Shown here: piece after piece, positions 41,780 to 55,400 of the stretch
Layout of the letters: each line of letters starts with the position of its first letter
Position numbering within the stretch: position 1 is the stretch's first letter
Assembly (NCBI RefSeq): GCF_009914755.1
Contig: NC_060931.1
Length of the DNA stretch: 64,000 nt
Strand: one strand, 5' to 3'
DNA from: the human T2T-CHM13v2.0 reference genome, Homo sapiens
Made by a program: the position numbers and the translations under genes
The notes under the pieces: model-generated
Told to the model about the DNA's origin: nothing
Seen by the model: only the letters and a program-made list of their open reading frames with translations
The model's database searches: none

Positions 41780-43852
41780 AGGAAGCAATTTTTTTTAGCT
41801 CATTAACATGGCAAAGACAGATAGCCAGGGCCTTCTGAGAGCTGTAAATGAGCTTCTCACCTCTCTGACAGTTTTCAGCAGACATGGATTCCTCAGTCCT
41901 AGAGCTGCTGGCTGCATTCATCCTTCACTGCCACAGAGCTCCCTCACCTCCCTCAGGAAGTGGCAGAGCAGTTGGCGGTTCCCAGGCCCCCCAGGGAAGC
42001 CCTGGCAGGTGCTTGCTGGGGTTGGGTCTTTACCCCAGAACCCAGCAAAATGAGCACCTTGGTCTGGGAGGAGAACGTCCCTGAAAGGCCCTTGGACAGT
42101 ATTAGCAGCTCAGGGGCAGGTTCTGGAAAGGCCTTTTCCGGTTAACACCACTGAATGGTTCATGGGGTCAGAGCAGGCAAAACGAGCACCATTTCCTCCC
42201 AAGAAACACATTTTTCCCACTGTCTGACAGTTGAAAATATTTGTTTACTTTGTAGAAACCTAGGATGTTTTGGCAGCAAGCAATTTATGTCACTTTGAAC
42301 CACAGAGAATGCCTCTGAAATGATAATATGGGTCAATGAAGAAGCAAAGTTTCTTAACTGAAGTCCATTTCATAGAAACAAATGCGGAAATGATTGTAAT
42401 TATGAGGGATGGGCCCACTGTGGCATTTCCCAATGGTGACAGTCAGGCTCTACCCCTAGCCCTTGGAGTCAAGGCCATAAAGCAAACGGCCAAAGGTCCC
42501 CTCGTATCGTCTGATCCGACGGCTAGGGTTGGAAGGTGGGCAGCCTCACGGGAGCATGGACCTAGGTAGTCGCCAGGGGCCTGTGTGCAGAAAAATTTCT
42601 CATTTGCTTTGACACGCTGCTGTTGCTGTCTTGAAATTCTCAAAGATTTTATCTCCCAACCTATATTTTGTGTGAGACATCCCATGAGGCGACGTGGTGC
42701 GCGCACCTGCAGAGAAGACACCCCAATCTGCACGCCCACAGCGCCTCGCCCGCCACCCAGTCCCGCAGCGCCTCGCCCGCCACCCAGTCCCGCAGCGCCT
42801 CGCCCCCCACGTGTCTGTCTGTGCTCATGTGGCCCTAAGAGGCCACTCCTCTGCTTACCCAGAGCTTGCTGCAAACCACAAAGTGCAACAGTGTTCTAAG
42901 AAACACAAACGACCAAGGGTCCCACCCTCTCTCCCACTCACATTGCTTTCCCACATAAGCCACCATTTATGCTGAACGTGGCCGTGTGGAGGGAGGGGAG
43001 GTGGGCAGCCCACAGTCCTTCTCATGTGTGAGCAAAGGTGGAGAATCTCGGTGGACAGGGGCTGTTTCATGAAGGGAAATAAACACAGCCGAGTGAGTTT
43101 CACACAGCATTTCCACCGCTGTAATGAGAATGAAATACATATGCATGTTTGAGCTGTGACAGATGAACTATGTAGTTGTTCAGATTCTGCATGTGAATTA
43201 AATGTTCTTTCATTTGCATTTGAAACCAGCAACGCACGATATACAGATGAATGGTAACCTTCATGTTAATAATTCAAAAATCTTAATGTTTTTAGAATGA
43301 TGCTGAATAGCAAATAAAAATCCCATGACAAGTCAAGACGGAGATTGTGAAAGGAAACATCTTATACTATAACTAGTTCCTTTAGGGGCACTTTTCCTTG
43401 ATTTCTGAACTAAGGACCTGTATTTGCACTTTGCACGGGCCGTGCAAATTAAACAGACAGCATTGCAGGGCATGAACACAGACGAACCACGACCAACTCA
43501 GCTGTCCCGAGGCTCTGTGTTAACGGCTCCTGACACACTCCCCTCCTCCCTGTTCTGATCTGTTTGCATTAATATGCGCTCAATTGTAAGAAGCTGAACA
43601 GATGTATTTATTCAGAATTCCCAAGCAGCTAACTAGAACTCCCAATTCTGAGTCATCGTCTTAGCTCCCGAGGTGCTTAGCAGAATGCTCTGTATTTATC
43701 AGCTTCCCGGTTAACCTACACACCACTCCCCAGCTCTTGCTGGTTTGAGTTATGTGAACCTTCAACATCATTAGGGAAGCTTCTACCACACTTAGTACTG
43801 ATAAGCAAAGTGCATTCACACTTCCTGAGGATTTAATGAGTGGCACCATCTA

Positions 43853-44167
<315 letters not shown>

Positions 44168-44377
44168 GCAATCCCCTGTCCCATGAGATGGTATGACCTC
44201 CTCCAATCTAGGAAGCTATTGATTGCAAGACAGACCATTACTCTAGTACTGCTAAGGAAAAACAAACCCGCTGGCAGTTAAACTATGATGTGCTATTTAT
44301 AAAAGATGCCTCCTAATTTCAGTGATGGGAAAACAATACACACCTGAGAAATGATGACATTCAGGGTGGTGGGTACT

Positions 44378-44800
44378 GTGACAGCCACACTGCTGCTTCC
44401 TGGGGACTCTGCATCCTCTCCCCAGACACCAGCTGTTGAGGGCTAGGGGTTAGCCGCTGAATCCCTCCCCATCACCACCTGAGCCCAAGGGAACAGCCAC
44501 TCCCTAAGTTACAGTCTCTTGCTCCCTGGAGGTGAACCACCATCAGTGATCCCTCATGTGGGACACAAAGGCCTAGCCCCCAGCCTTGGTTGGGTCAACC
44601 CTGAAGGGGAACCCCAGCTCCGGCTGCAGAGCACCTCACAGGATCAGCTCGGTCCTCTTAAACTGCATTCCAGCTCACCTTCTCCCTCTGCCCAATTCAG
44701 CTTCCCTCACCTGTACGGGGGTTACCCCAGATCACCCCCAGTCACCGACTGCATGCAAATCTCTGTCTCAGAGTTTGGTCCCAGCACATTCAACCTAGGG
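44378..44800 (+). mobile_element. LTR16-like ERVL LTR
   Basis: AAACTGCAT...TTCTCCCTCTGCCCAAT...GCAAATCTCTGTCTCAGAG resembles the LTR16 3' half. Confidence 0.65.
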
Positions 44801-44974
44801 CATGTAGGACCACCCTCGTTTCACGATAAACAACCAAAACAGGGCAGTTACGTGATGTGCGCAAGATGGCACGACTCACACGTGCCGCAGCTGGAACTTA
44901 AACTCCATCCGGACTCCAAGGCCACCCTGTTGTCTCTCCACAATCAATGCTCAGAGCACAGCCTGCAACTGTAA

Positions 44975-45467
44975 GAGGCCCCTAAGCTCTTTCAAGTGGT
45001 CCATGAGGCCAAAACTATTTTCATAAAATACTAAGACATACTTTGCCTTTCTCACGTGTACTCTTTTATGAGAGAACTTGGAACAGTCCAGAGGCTATGT
45101 GGCAGGAAATGACACAGAATGAGTGGGAGGCAGAGATGAGAATCCAAGTGTTTTCTGTTAAATGAAACAATGAGATATGCAAAAGCGTGAAACAAGAATG
45201 TAAAAATGTAAAACAAAAATGTCACACTTAGCACTTTTTTATGTTTTGGAAAATATAGCTACTGTGTTTATAATGAAATAATTTTATGATTTATTTTAAA
45301 GTGAATTAATAAACAGCTTTTCTAAAGTGTTGGCAATTTTAATTTCTAAGGTAACAAATGTGGATAGCACTAACCCACCAAAAAAAAAAAAAAAAATTCT
45401 TTGGAATCTTCAGTAATTTTCAATAATAGGATGTGATCCTGAGAACAACATTTTAAAAATCACGGCT
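44975..45467. mobile_element. hAT-Charlie non-autonomous element (MER106/MER119-like)
   Basis: GAGGCCAAAACTATTTTCATAA.ATACTAAGAC and GAGAATCCAAG motifs. Confidence 0.6.
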
Positions 45468-45894
45468 CTGCACTCTGCTGCTGGGAGTTTGGAATTCCGC
45501 TCTCCATTCCACACCAGCCGAAGGACCCCAGGAACACCCTGTAATCCCTCTGTGATTCCGTCTCTTTAATCTGCTAAATAAAGAGATGTAACTTCCCTAC
45601 AGCAAAAGGAAAGCACCAGTAGAATTCTGTAAGTTAAAACTACTTTTAAAATTTTACTGCTCTATACTATATCCAGTATTCCCTTCTCCATTATTCTATG
45701 AAAATTTTAACAAAATGCATTATACTAATTTACCATACAGGATTAAAATGTCATTAAGCTTGCAATGTGTAAACCTTAAAACAGCTGGATAAAAATTTAA
45801 GACAGGAATAAGAAGAAAGCCATTCATATTGTTGGTATATAAAACAAGCTTCAGAGAGTGTTAGTCCCATTTTATTCATGGAAGAAAATAAATA

Positions 45895-46056
45895 TGAAGA
45901 CACTGAAATCACCTGGAGAATTTTTAGGAGATGCTGATGGCAGGCCTCATATGAGACAAATCAATTCAGAATCTTTGAAGGGTAAGCCCCAGACACCATG
46001 GTTTCCGAGGCTCCCAAGTTATTTTAATATAACGTCAGGGCTGACAACTACTGCTC
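45895..46056. mobile_element. MER5A-like MITE
   Basis: AATCACCTGGAG...TCAGAATCT...GGGCTGACAACTACTG. Confidence 0.6.
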
Positions 46057-46057
46057 C

Positions 46058-47463
46058 TGTTGATGAAGAGGGTCAAACTCTGAAAACTATTTGAAGAAAT
46101 GTATTCTGAGCCACATGTGGGTGACCAATGGCCCAGGCCACAGCCCCAGGAGAGCCTAAGATCATGTGCCCAAGGTGGATGGGCTTCAGCTTGGATTTCT
46201 ACACACTAGGGAGGCATAAGACATCCAACAATACACTAAGATGTGCACAGGCTTGGATTTCTACATGCTAGGGAGGCATAAGACACCCATCAATACACAT
46301 AAGATGTACACAGGCTTGGATTTCTACATGCTAGGGAGGCATAAGACATCCATCAATACACATAAGATGTACACAGGCTTGGATTTCTACATGCTAGGGA
46401 GGCATAAGACATCCATCAATACACATAAGACGTACACAGGCTTGGATTTCTACATGCTAGGGAGGCATAAAACACCCGTCAATACACTAAGATGTACACA
46501 GGCTTGGATTTCTACATGCTAGGGAGGCATCAGACACCCGTCAATATGCTAAGATGTACACAGGCTTGGATTTCTACATTCTAGGGAGGCATAAGACATC
46601 CGTCAATATGCTAAGACGTACACAGGCTTGGATTTCTACATGCTAGGGAGGCATAAGACACCCGTCAATACACTAAGATGTACACAGGCTTGGATTTCTA
46701 CATTCTAGGGAGGCATAAGACACCCGTCAATAGGCTAAGACGTACACAGGCTTGGATTTCTACATGCTAGAGAGGCATAAGACACCCATCAATACCCTAA
46801 GATGTACACAGGCTTGGTCCAGAAAGATGGGAAAACACTAAGCAGGGTCTTCCAGGGCATAGGTGAATTCAAAGATTTCTGAATGGCAATTGGTTGAGTT
46901 TATCCAAGGACTGGGAATCGGTAGAAAGAGTGTCTGGGTTAAGATAAGGGACTGTGGAGACCAAGGTTTTTATTATGCAGATGAAGCCTCCAGGTTGCAG
47001 GCTTCAGAGAGAATAGATGGTCAATGTTTATCAGACTTGAAAAGGTGCCAGACTCTTAATTAATTCCCTCTTGGATCAGGGAAAAGACCTGGAAAGGAAA
47101 AGGGATTCTCTACAGAATGTAGACATTTCCCAGGAGAGACAGCTTTGCAAGCCATTTAAATATATCGCAGAAATATATTTTGGGGTAAAATACTTCCATT
47201 TCTTTCAGGGCCTGCAATCTGCCATGTTGGTACCTTATAGCTGCAAAAGGTCTGCTTTGTCTGTCTTCACGCCTCTGTTCCAATGTTAACGCTGGTCAGC
47301 TGTGCCTGGACACCAAGGGAGGAGGGTAGGATAAGGTGTGTCCAAACACCCCTTCCCATCATGGCCTGAACTAGTGTTTCAGGTTTACTTTAGAGTGCCC
47401 TTGGCCAAGAGGAAGGGTCCATTCAGCTGGCTGGGGGACTTAGAATTTTATTTTTGGTTTATA
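46058..47463 (-). mobile_element. MER4-family (MER4D/E-like) solo LTR expanded by an internal VNTR
   Basis: Minus strand begins TATAAACCAAAAATAAAATTCTAAG and ends ...TTTGACCCTCTTCATCAACA; TSD CTCC/CTCT. Confidence 0.88.
46189..46817. repeat. 62-63-bp VNTR, ~10 copies, within the MER4 LTR
   Basis: Unit GGCTTGGATTTCTACATGCTAGGGAGGCATAAGACACCC(A/G)TCAATACAC(A)TAAGATGTACACA. Confidence 0.95.
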
Positions 47464-49058
47464 CTCTAAAGCCAAGAGTGGCTTCTTTCCTTCAGTGCAG
47501 AGGAATCCAACGGATATTTTTAACAAGGAAAGGACAACAGAAAAAATAGGGATTCATTTTTATATTAGACAAAACATAGAGCTAAAGATAGAGGGAGAGA
47601 GGGAGGGAGGGAGACAGTGGTGGAGGGAGGTGGAGAGAGAAAGAGAAAAAAAGATGGATGTGGCCATGGCAGCATTGTTTTTGGGTATTCCCCAATTCCC
47701 ACATAAAACAGACGGAGCAACTAGACAAGGAAATCAACAAACCAAGATCACACTTAAATCAAACTGAAGTGAAGCTGTCCCCAGCTAGTGATCCCCAAGG
47801 CAATGTCCAGATGAACGTTGAGGAGAGGACCAGAGAAAAGCAGCCTTAGGAAGTAGCTGTAGACATCAGTGAAAATGGCAAAGAACCTTAAACATTCCCT
47901 CCTTCATAAAAGCAATGAGAAAACCACCCAAAAATATCAGAATCAACTTTTACAGAACTCTGGAAATTAACTAAAGGCTAGCAGAAATCAGAGCAATTTA
48001 CTCAAAAAAAAAAAAAAAGAAAGAAAGAAAAAGAAAGAAATGGCTGAATCTCAGCAAGAACAGCGAACTTCCTGGCATCTTAACTCACCCTATTTCCAGC
48101 TCCCTCTCCTCAGCTCTGCCACAGGCTTGAAAATGAGCAGCCCACAATGGCAGTAAAAACCAACAGCCTGGAAGCCACCAGAAAGCACAGGGTGGGGTTA
48201 GAGTGCCTTCAAAGCCCCATTCCCAGAGAATTGTCACTACTTGACCTGTCTGGTTGTTCCCTGGAGGACCCACTGGAAAGGCTGTCTTTATTTCATCCAA
48301 CTCAAAGCTCACATATGTGAAAAGTCTTTCCCTGGGGGCATTTGTTGAAAACATTTAGAGACAATGTTTTACTTACCAGCCACCTGAGGTAGAGGATAAT
48401 GGTTGGGACAAACAATAGGCTAACCAGAAAGCTTGAAGGAAAAGCTGGAAAATGAGATGTGCACAGGTGCTTTGCAAAGCTCTGACACGATCCTTGGAAT
48501 ATGGATGGCCACAACACATGGAGGGCTGTGTGCCTGCCCAGGCTGTGCACACTCAGGGAAGACATGAGGCTCTAAGCTCTCACCACTGGCTGATGTAGAG
48601 GCTCTGGGCCAGCATGAAGTGAAGGCTACAACAGAGCTGTGAACTGCCTGTCTGATGGCTGAAGGTATGCCCCACACTCACACAGAACCCTCAGCAGAGA
48701 CTGAGGCTTGTTTCTAGGCATTTAAGGCAATCTGTCTGGTCATCATCTGACCACTAACCAAACTGAGCAGAGACTTGGTGGCCACACATGATGAAAAAAC
48801 ACAAACTTTACAGAATTAGTTCAGAATAGTCACTAAGCAAGCAACCAACAATAAACAGCAACAACAACAACAACAACACCTAAGGAGAGGGAAATTCTGG
48901 TTTTCAAAGTTGCCACACTATGTTATTTAAAATATTGAGTTTTACTAAAAATTTTTGAGGCATTCAAAGAAACATGCAAATGTGCCTCTTCCACAGGAAA
49001 ACAATAGAAGCTGTTCTTGGGGAAGCCAAATGGCTTACAAGACAAAGACTTTAAATGA

Positions 49059-49382
<324 letters not shown>

Positions 49383-49920
49383 TGAGCTATTTTTAATGTG
49401 CTCCAAAAACTGTAAGAACAATGTCTAAAGAGCTAAATAAAAGTAGGAAAATAGTGTCTCATCAAATAGAGAATATGAATAAAAAGATAGAAATTATATT
49501 TCAAAAATAATTGAAAAATTCAGTACAGCAGCTCAACAGCAGATCTTAGCAGCAGAAGAAAGAATCAGCAAACTTCAGGATAGGTCAACTGAAATTATCC
49601 AGTCTGAGGAACAGAAAAAAAAAGAATAATAAAAAATTAGAAACCTGTGAGAGACCATCCAATGTACTGAGATACACGTAAAGGAAGTCCCAGATGTAGG
49701 AGAGGAAGAATGAGGTAGAAAGAATATTTGAAGAAATAATGACCCAAAATTCCCAAAACTAGATGGAAAACATGAATCTACATATCTAAGACACTCAATG
49801 AACTCCAAGTAGAATAAACTCTAAGACAGCCACACCTAGATACATCAAAATCAGACCTTCAAAACCCAAAGACAAAGTAAATCTAATGAAAGCAGTAAGA
49901 GAGAAGCAACTTGTCACACA

Positions 49921-50340
49921 TGTTATGGACTAGATATTTGTCCCCTCCAAAACTCATGTTGAAGTTTAATCCCTAATTTGGGAGTATCAGGAGGGAGGAG
50001 GAAACTGGGTCATGAGGGCTCTGCCCTCATGAATGGATTAATCCACTCATGAATTAATGAATTAATTCATGTGGGTTATCACAAGAGGGGACCTGGTGAC
50101 TTTCTAAGAAGAGGAAGGGAGACCTGAGCTAGCACACTAGCATGCTCAGCCTCCTCATCATGTGATACCCTGTGCCACCTCAGGACTCTGCAGAGAGTCC
50201 CCAACAGCAAGAAGACCCTTACCTGATTCTGCCCCTCAACCTTGAACTTCTCAGCCCAGATACCTGTAATAAATAAATTCCTTTTCTTTATAAATTACCC
50301 AGTTTCAGATATTCTGTGATAAGCAACAGAAAATAGGCAA
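49921..50340 (+). mobile_element. MaLR solo LTR (MSTC-like)
   Basis: TGTTATGG...CCAAAACTCATGTTGAA...GAGACCTGAGCTAGCAC...TTTATAAATTACCCAGTTTCAG. Confidence 0.85.
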
Positions 50341-51329
50341 TGATCCTCAATAATATTAACAACTAATTTCTCATCTGAGACTATGAAGGCCAAGAGGCAG
50401 TGGAATGATATATTCAAAGTCCTAAAAGAAAAAAGTCTATCAACCAAGAATTCTATATTCAGAAAATCGATCCTTCAAAACTAAAGGAGAAATCAATACA
50501 TTCCCAAACAAAAAACAAAGAGAATTTTTTCCAACAACCCTTCCCTAGCAAGTTCTAAATGGAGTACTTTAGGCAAAAATGAAAGGACATTAGACAGTGA
50601 GTTGTATCCAGATGAAGAAATAAACAGCACCAGTAAAGGTCATTATTTAGTAAATATGAAAGACAGAACAAATATTTGAGTATGTAACATTTATTTTCTC
50701 CTAATTTTCTTTAAAAAACCTACATAAAGCAATAATTATAAATCCATGTTGATAAACATACAATCTATAAAGATATAATTTTCATGACAATAACAGCACA
50801 AAGGAGGGAAAGAGAAAAAATGACAGTGTTTGAAAATTAAGTTGGTATTAATTCAACTAGATTATTATAAAGATCTTAATGTTAATTTGAATTAATAAAT
50901 TAATATTAACTTGGTGTTAATAAAATTAAATAATATTAATCTTCTAGCAAACACTAAGAAAGCAACTCAAAAAATAATCAGGAATGAAAAGACATTATTA
51001 CTGATCTTACAGACATAAAAATTACAAGGACTATACAGAAATACTATAAGTAATCATATGCCAACAAACTAGATAACCTAGGTGAAATTGACAAATTCCT
51101 ATGAAGACATGAACTACTGAAACTGACTCAAGAAGAAATAGAAAATTTGAATATGCCTATAATAATTAAGGAAATTCAATGAGTAATTTAAAACCTCATA
51201 AAGAAAAGCCCATGGTCAGATGGCTTCCATTTGCAATAGCTTCACTTCAAATGTTTAAGGAAGAATTAACATCATTCTTTCACAGTCTTCCAAAAAAAAT
51301 AAAGAAAGAATACTCTTCAATTAACTTGA

Positions 51330-51795
51330 TGTGATGGTTAATATTGAGTGTCAACCTGATTGGATTGAAGGATGCAAAGTATTGATCCTGGGTGTGTCTG
51401 TGAGGGCATTTCCAAAGGAGATTCACATTTGAGTCAGTGGACTGGGAGAGGCAGACCCACCCTCAGTCTGGGTGGGCACCATCTAATCAGCTTCCAGCAT
51501 GTGGGTGGGCACCATCTAATCAGCTTCCAGCATGGCCAGAATAAAAGCAGGCAGAAGAACACAAAAGTAGTTTAGTCTTCCAGCCTACACGCTACTCCCC
51601 TGCGGGATGCTTCCTGCCTTCGAACCTCGGACCTCAAGTTATTCAGCTTTAGGACTCAGACTGGCTTCCTTGCTCCTCAGGGCCTATTATGGGACCTCAC
51701 CCTGTGATTGTGAGTCAATACTCCTTAAAATACTCCCCTTTATATACACATCTATCCTATTAGTTCTGTCCTTCTAGAGAACCCTGACTAATGCA
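51330..51795 (+). mobile_element. MLT2A (HERVL) solo LTR with internal ~33-bp duplication
   Basis: TGTGATGGTTAATATTGAGTGTCAAC...CCTATTAGTTCTGTCC.TCTAGAGAACCCTGACTAATGCA; 5-bp TSD CTTGA/TTTGA. Confidence 0.92.
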
Positions 51796-52026
51796 TTTGA
51801 CAAGTTATGTATTACTATAATACCAAAACCAAAGATATCAAAAGATTAAGAGATATCCTTTATAAATACGGACATAAAAATTCTCAACGAAACACTAAGA
51901 TACTAAATCCAGAAACATATAAAAAGAATTATACAGCATGGTCAAGTAAGACTTATCCCAGGAATATAAGATTAGTTCAAATATAAAAACTAACCAATGA
52001 GATACACTATGGTCATAGAATACACA

Positions 52027-52780
52027 TGCTATGATACAGACTGAATGTTGACATCCTCCCCAAACGTAAGTGCTGGAATTCTGATCCCCAGTGTGACAGC
52101 ATTAGGAGGTGAAGGCTTTGGGGGTAATTAGGTCATGAAGACGGCGCCCATGCAGGTGGGATTAGTGTCCATACGAAAGAGATCCCAGAGCGCTCCCTTG
52201 CCCCGTCTGCCACATGAGGACACGGGGGGAAGATGCCACCCATGAACCAGGAAGCCACCCACCACCAGACACCAAATATGGGGGAGCCTCCAGAGCTCTG
52301 AGAAATCAATGTTTGCTGTTTCAGCCACCCACGCCATGTGATTTTTGTGACAGCAACTCAAACAAGAGAAAAATTGGCACCGGGAAGTAGCGGCACGGCT
52401 GTGACAAATTCCTAAAAATGCAGAAGCAACTTTGGGTCTGGGAAACTTGTTGAGGCTGAGTCTTGAGGTGTGTGCTGGAACAAGCCTCCTTCGCCATGGA
52501 TGAATTTTTAAAAGTGCTTGTGTTGAGAGATCAAAAGGAAGACAAAGCAGTATCTCTTAGAGAACAGCTCGGCCATCATGAATGGAATGCTGGGAGGATG
52601 CAGACAGAGCATTCTGTGAGGCCTGGGAAAGGAGGAACACGCTATCGGACGGTGGAGAAGAGGCTGTGCTCCTCGCAGAGTGGTGAGGACCATGGCCGAA
52701 TGCGTTCATGCTCTGGGCTCCTGTGGAAGGTAGAGCTTGTGAATGAGGAATTGGAAACAGTGCACCTCAGTGGCAGAGGG
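52027..52780 (+). mobile_element. MLT1A-type LTR (to ~52367) followed by the start of MaLR internal sequence
   Basis: TGCTATG...ATTAGGTCATGA...GGGATTAGTG...CAGCCACCCA; then GAAAAATTGGCACC...GAAGCAACTTTGG internal leader. Confidence 0.8.
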
Positions 52781-52864
52781 CCTCACAAATGGCCGGCCGG
52801 AGATGGGGGCTGGGTGGAAGGAGCCGCTGGGCCTGCTCGGGAGGTTCCTCCATTGCCCTGCGCA

Positions 52865-53135
52865 GCCTGAGCCAGACAGAGCGCAAATCCCACGGAGGGC
52901 GAGCCCTGAGCCGGACAGAGCGCAAGTCCCACGGAGGGCGAGCCCTGAGCCGGACAGAGCGCAAGTCCCACGGAGGGCGAGCCCTGAGCCGGACAGAGCG
53001 CAAGTCCCACGGAGGGCGAGCCCTGAGCCGGACAGAGCGCAAGTCCCACGGAGGGCGAGCCCTGAGCCGGACAGAGCGCAAGTCCCACGGAGGGCGAGCC
53101 CTGAGCCGGACAGAGCGCGAGTCACACGGAGGGTG
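52865..53135. repeat. 39-bp near-perfect VNTR, ~7 copies
   Basis: Unit GAGCCCTGAGCCGGACAGAGCGCAAGTCCCACGGAGGGC. Confidence 0.95.
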
Positions 53136-54024
53136 AGCACCACGCGTGACTCCAACACACCCACCTGTGCTCACCAGACGTGAGCCAGACGTTCTCCCTC
53201 CCCAACCCCACACCACACATCTGCCTGGAGGTCGGGTAGGGGGTGGATCTCAGCTCCTCTCAGCAAGAAGGAAAGCCTCCAAGCTCCAAGGGCCCAGGAT
53301 GGGAGGTAAAACAAGACAGGCGAGCACAGGGAGGGCGCAAAGAGAGTGGGCAAGGAGGAGGCAGAACCCGGCTCCCCTGACCTGTGCCGGCAAGCACGTC
53401 CCCAGCAGCAGCTCCCCGGATGCCATCCCAGCCAGGACCCGTGCGGCCAGCCTTGGATTTCTGTGTTCCAGTCCACATTATTTAGGGATTTATTTTCCTT
53501 CTCTTTTAAGGAATGATAACACTGTTTTATGTACATATTTGGTTTTTTTGCTTTTTGCTTCTGACATGCAGCTCAATAAGTCAGAAGATTCTTACCAGGA
53601 AATGAATCCACAGTCGTTTTCATGACAGCAAATTGCATGCCAACGAGTGACATTTAAATGCTGAATTTTAATGGCTTGTCAGAAAAAGTGAAATGTATTT
53701 AAAAAAAAATCATACATGAGAGAGCAGTGTGTCTGCCCATGAAATAATGCTGCCTGTAGTAGACAAGAATGGTAAAAACACAGTGAACGTATTTTGTTCT
53801 GTGATGTACACATCTACCTGGAGGAAGAAGGTTGTGAAATTAACTCCCATTTACCCTCCTCTTCGTGCAGAAGACTCTGAAGGCCGCGCAAGCAGCTGTC
53901 TGTCAATGAATCTGACAACTGCACCTGCAAGAAGTGGCCTGGATGAAGACGACAGGCAGAAGCACAGGATCAACTCTGTTTCAAGCGCAGTTACCAAGAC
54001 AGAATCATTTCTGGAATCCTGAAA

Positions 54025-55400
54025 AACCTGCATATGAACATGCTCACGTGTAGACACCCACACACATGCACACACACCTGCACACACACTCACATGCTCA
54101 TGTGTAGACACCCACACACCTGCACGTGTAGACACCCACACACGCACACACCTGCACACACATGTGCTCACGTGTAGACACCCACATACCTGTACATGCA
54201 CTCACGTGCTCACATGTAGACACCCACACACATGCACACACACCTGCACATTCACATGCTCACGTGTAGAGACACACACATGCACACACGTGCTCACATG
54301 TAGACACACGTGCACTCATTCACATGCTCACATGTAGACGCCCACACAAGGCAAACACACATGTGCTCACGTGTAGACAGCCACACATGCACACACACCT
54401 GCACATGCACTCACATGCTCATGTGTAGACACTCACATGCACACACACCAACACACACGTGCTCACAGACACCCACACACATGCACACACACCTGCACAC
54501 GCACTCACGTGCTCACATGTAGACACACGCACACATGCACACACATGTGCTCACACATAGACACCCACACACATCTGCACATGCACTCACGTGCTCAGGT
54601 GTAGACACACACACATGCACACATGCACACATACCTGTACATGCACTCACATGCTCACATGTAGACATACACATGCACACACCCCTGCACACTCATTCAC
54701 ATGCTCACGTGGACACCCACACATGCACACACACGTGCTCACGTGTAGACACCCACACACACGCACAGACACCTGCACACACATGTGCTCCAGTGTAGAC
54801 ACCCACACGCAAAACCTCCCTACTCAAACACTCCCCCCATGTGAGGCTGACAAAACTCAGGAAGACACCAGGATTTGAGATTCTTTCCTTCAAGTGTGCA
54901 TGCATGTGTGTCTGCCTGCACACATGCATGCACACCTGCACACTCATTCACGTGCTCACATATAGATACCCACACACACACCTGCACACTCATTCACGTG
55001 CTCATGTGTAGATACCCACACACGCACACACACCTGCACACTCATTCACGTGCTCACGTGTAGATATCCCCTACACGTGAGCATGGGTGTGTGTGCATGT
55101 GTGTGGATGTCTACACATGAGCATGTGTGTGTGCAGGTGTGCATGCATGTGTGGGGATGTCTACATGTCAGCATGTCAATGAGTGTGCAGGGGTGTGTGC
55201 GTGTGTGCATGTCTACATGTGAGCATGTGAGTGTGCAGGTGTGTGCGTGTGTGGGTATATACACATGAGCACGTGAATGTGTGTGCAGGTTTGTCTGCGT
55301 GTGGGTATCTACATGTGAGCATGTGTATGAGTGTGCAAGTGTGTGTGCAAATGTGTCTGTGTCTACACGTGAGCATGTGAATGCATGTGCAGGTACGTGT
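54025..55400. repeat. CA-rich array (CACATGCTCACGTGTAGACACCCACAC) that inverts to its complement at ~55067
   Basis: Direct units 54025-54810 and 54919-55063; complementary units (GTCTACACATGAGCATGTG) 55071-55400. Confidence 0.92.

Noticed and set aside
43430-43448. TTTGCACGG-G-CCGTGCAAA palindrome
   Set aside because: 9-bp arms are plausible by chance in 64 kb; no further support.
46189-46817. CRISPR-like regular array (also 37195-38040 and 57060-58328)
   Set aside because: Head-to-tail tandem repeats with no unique spacers, in human DNA, with no cas genes.
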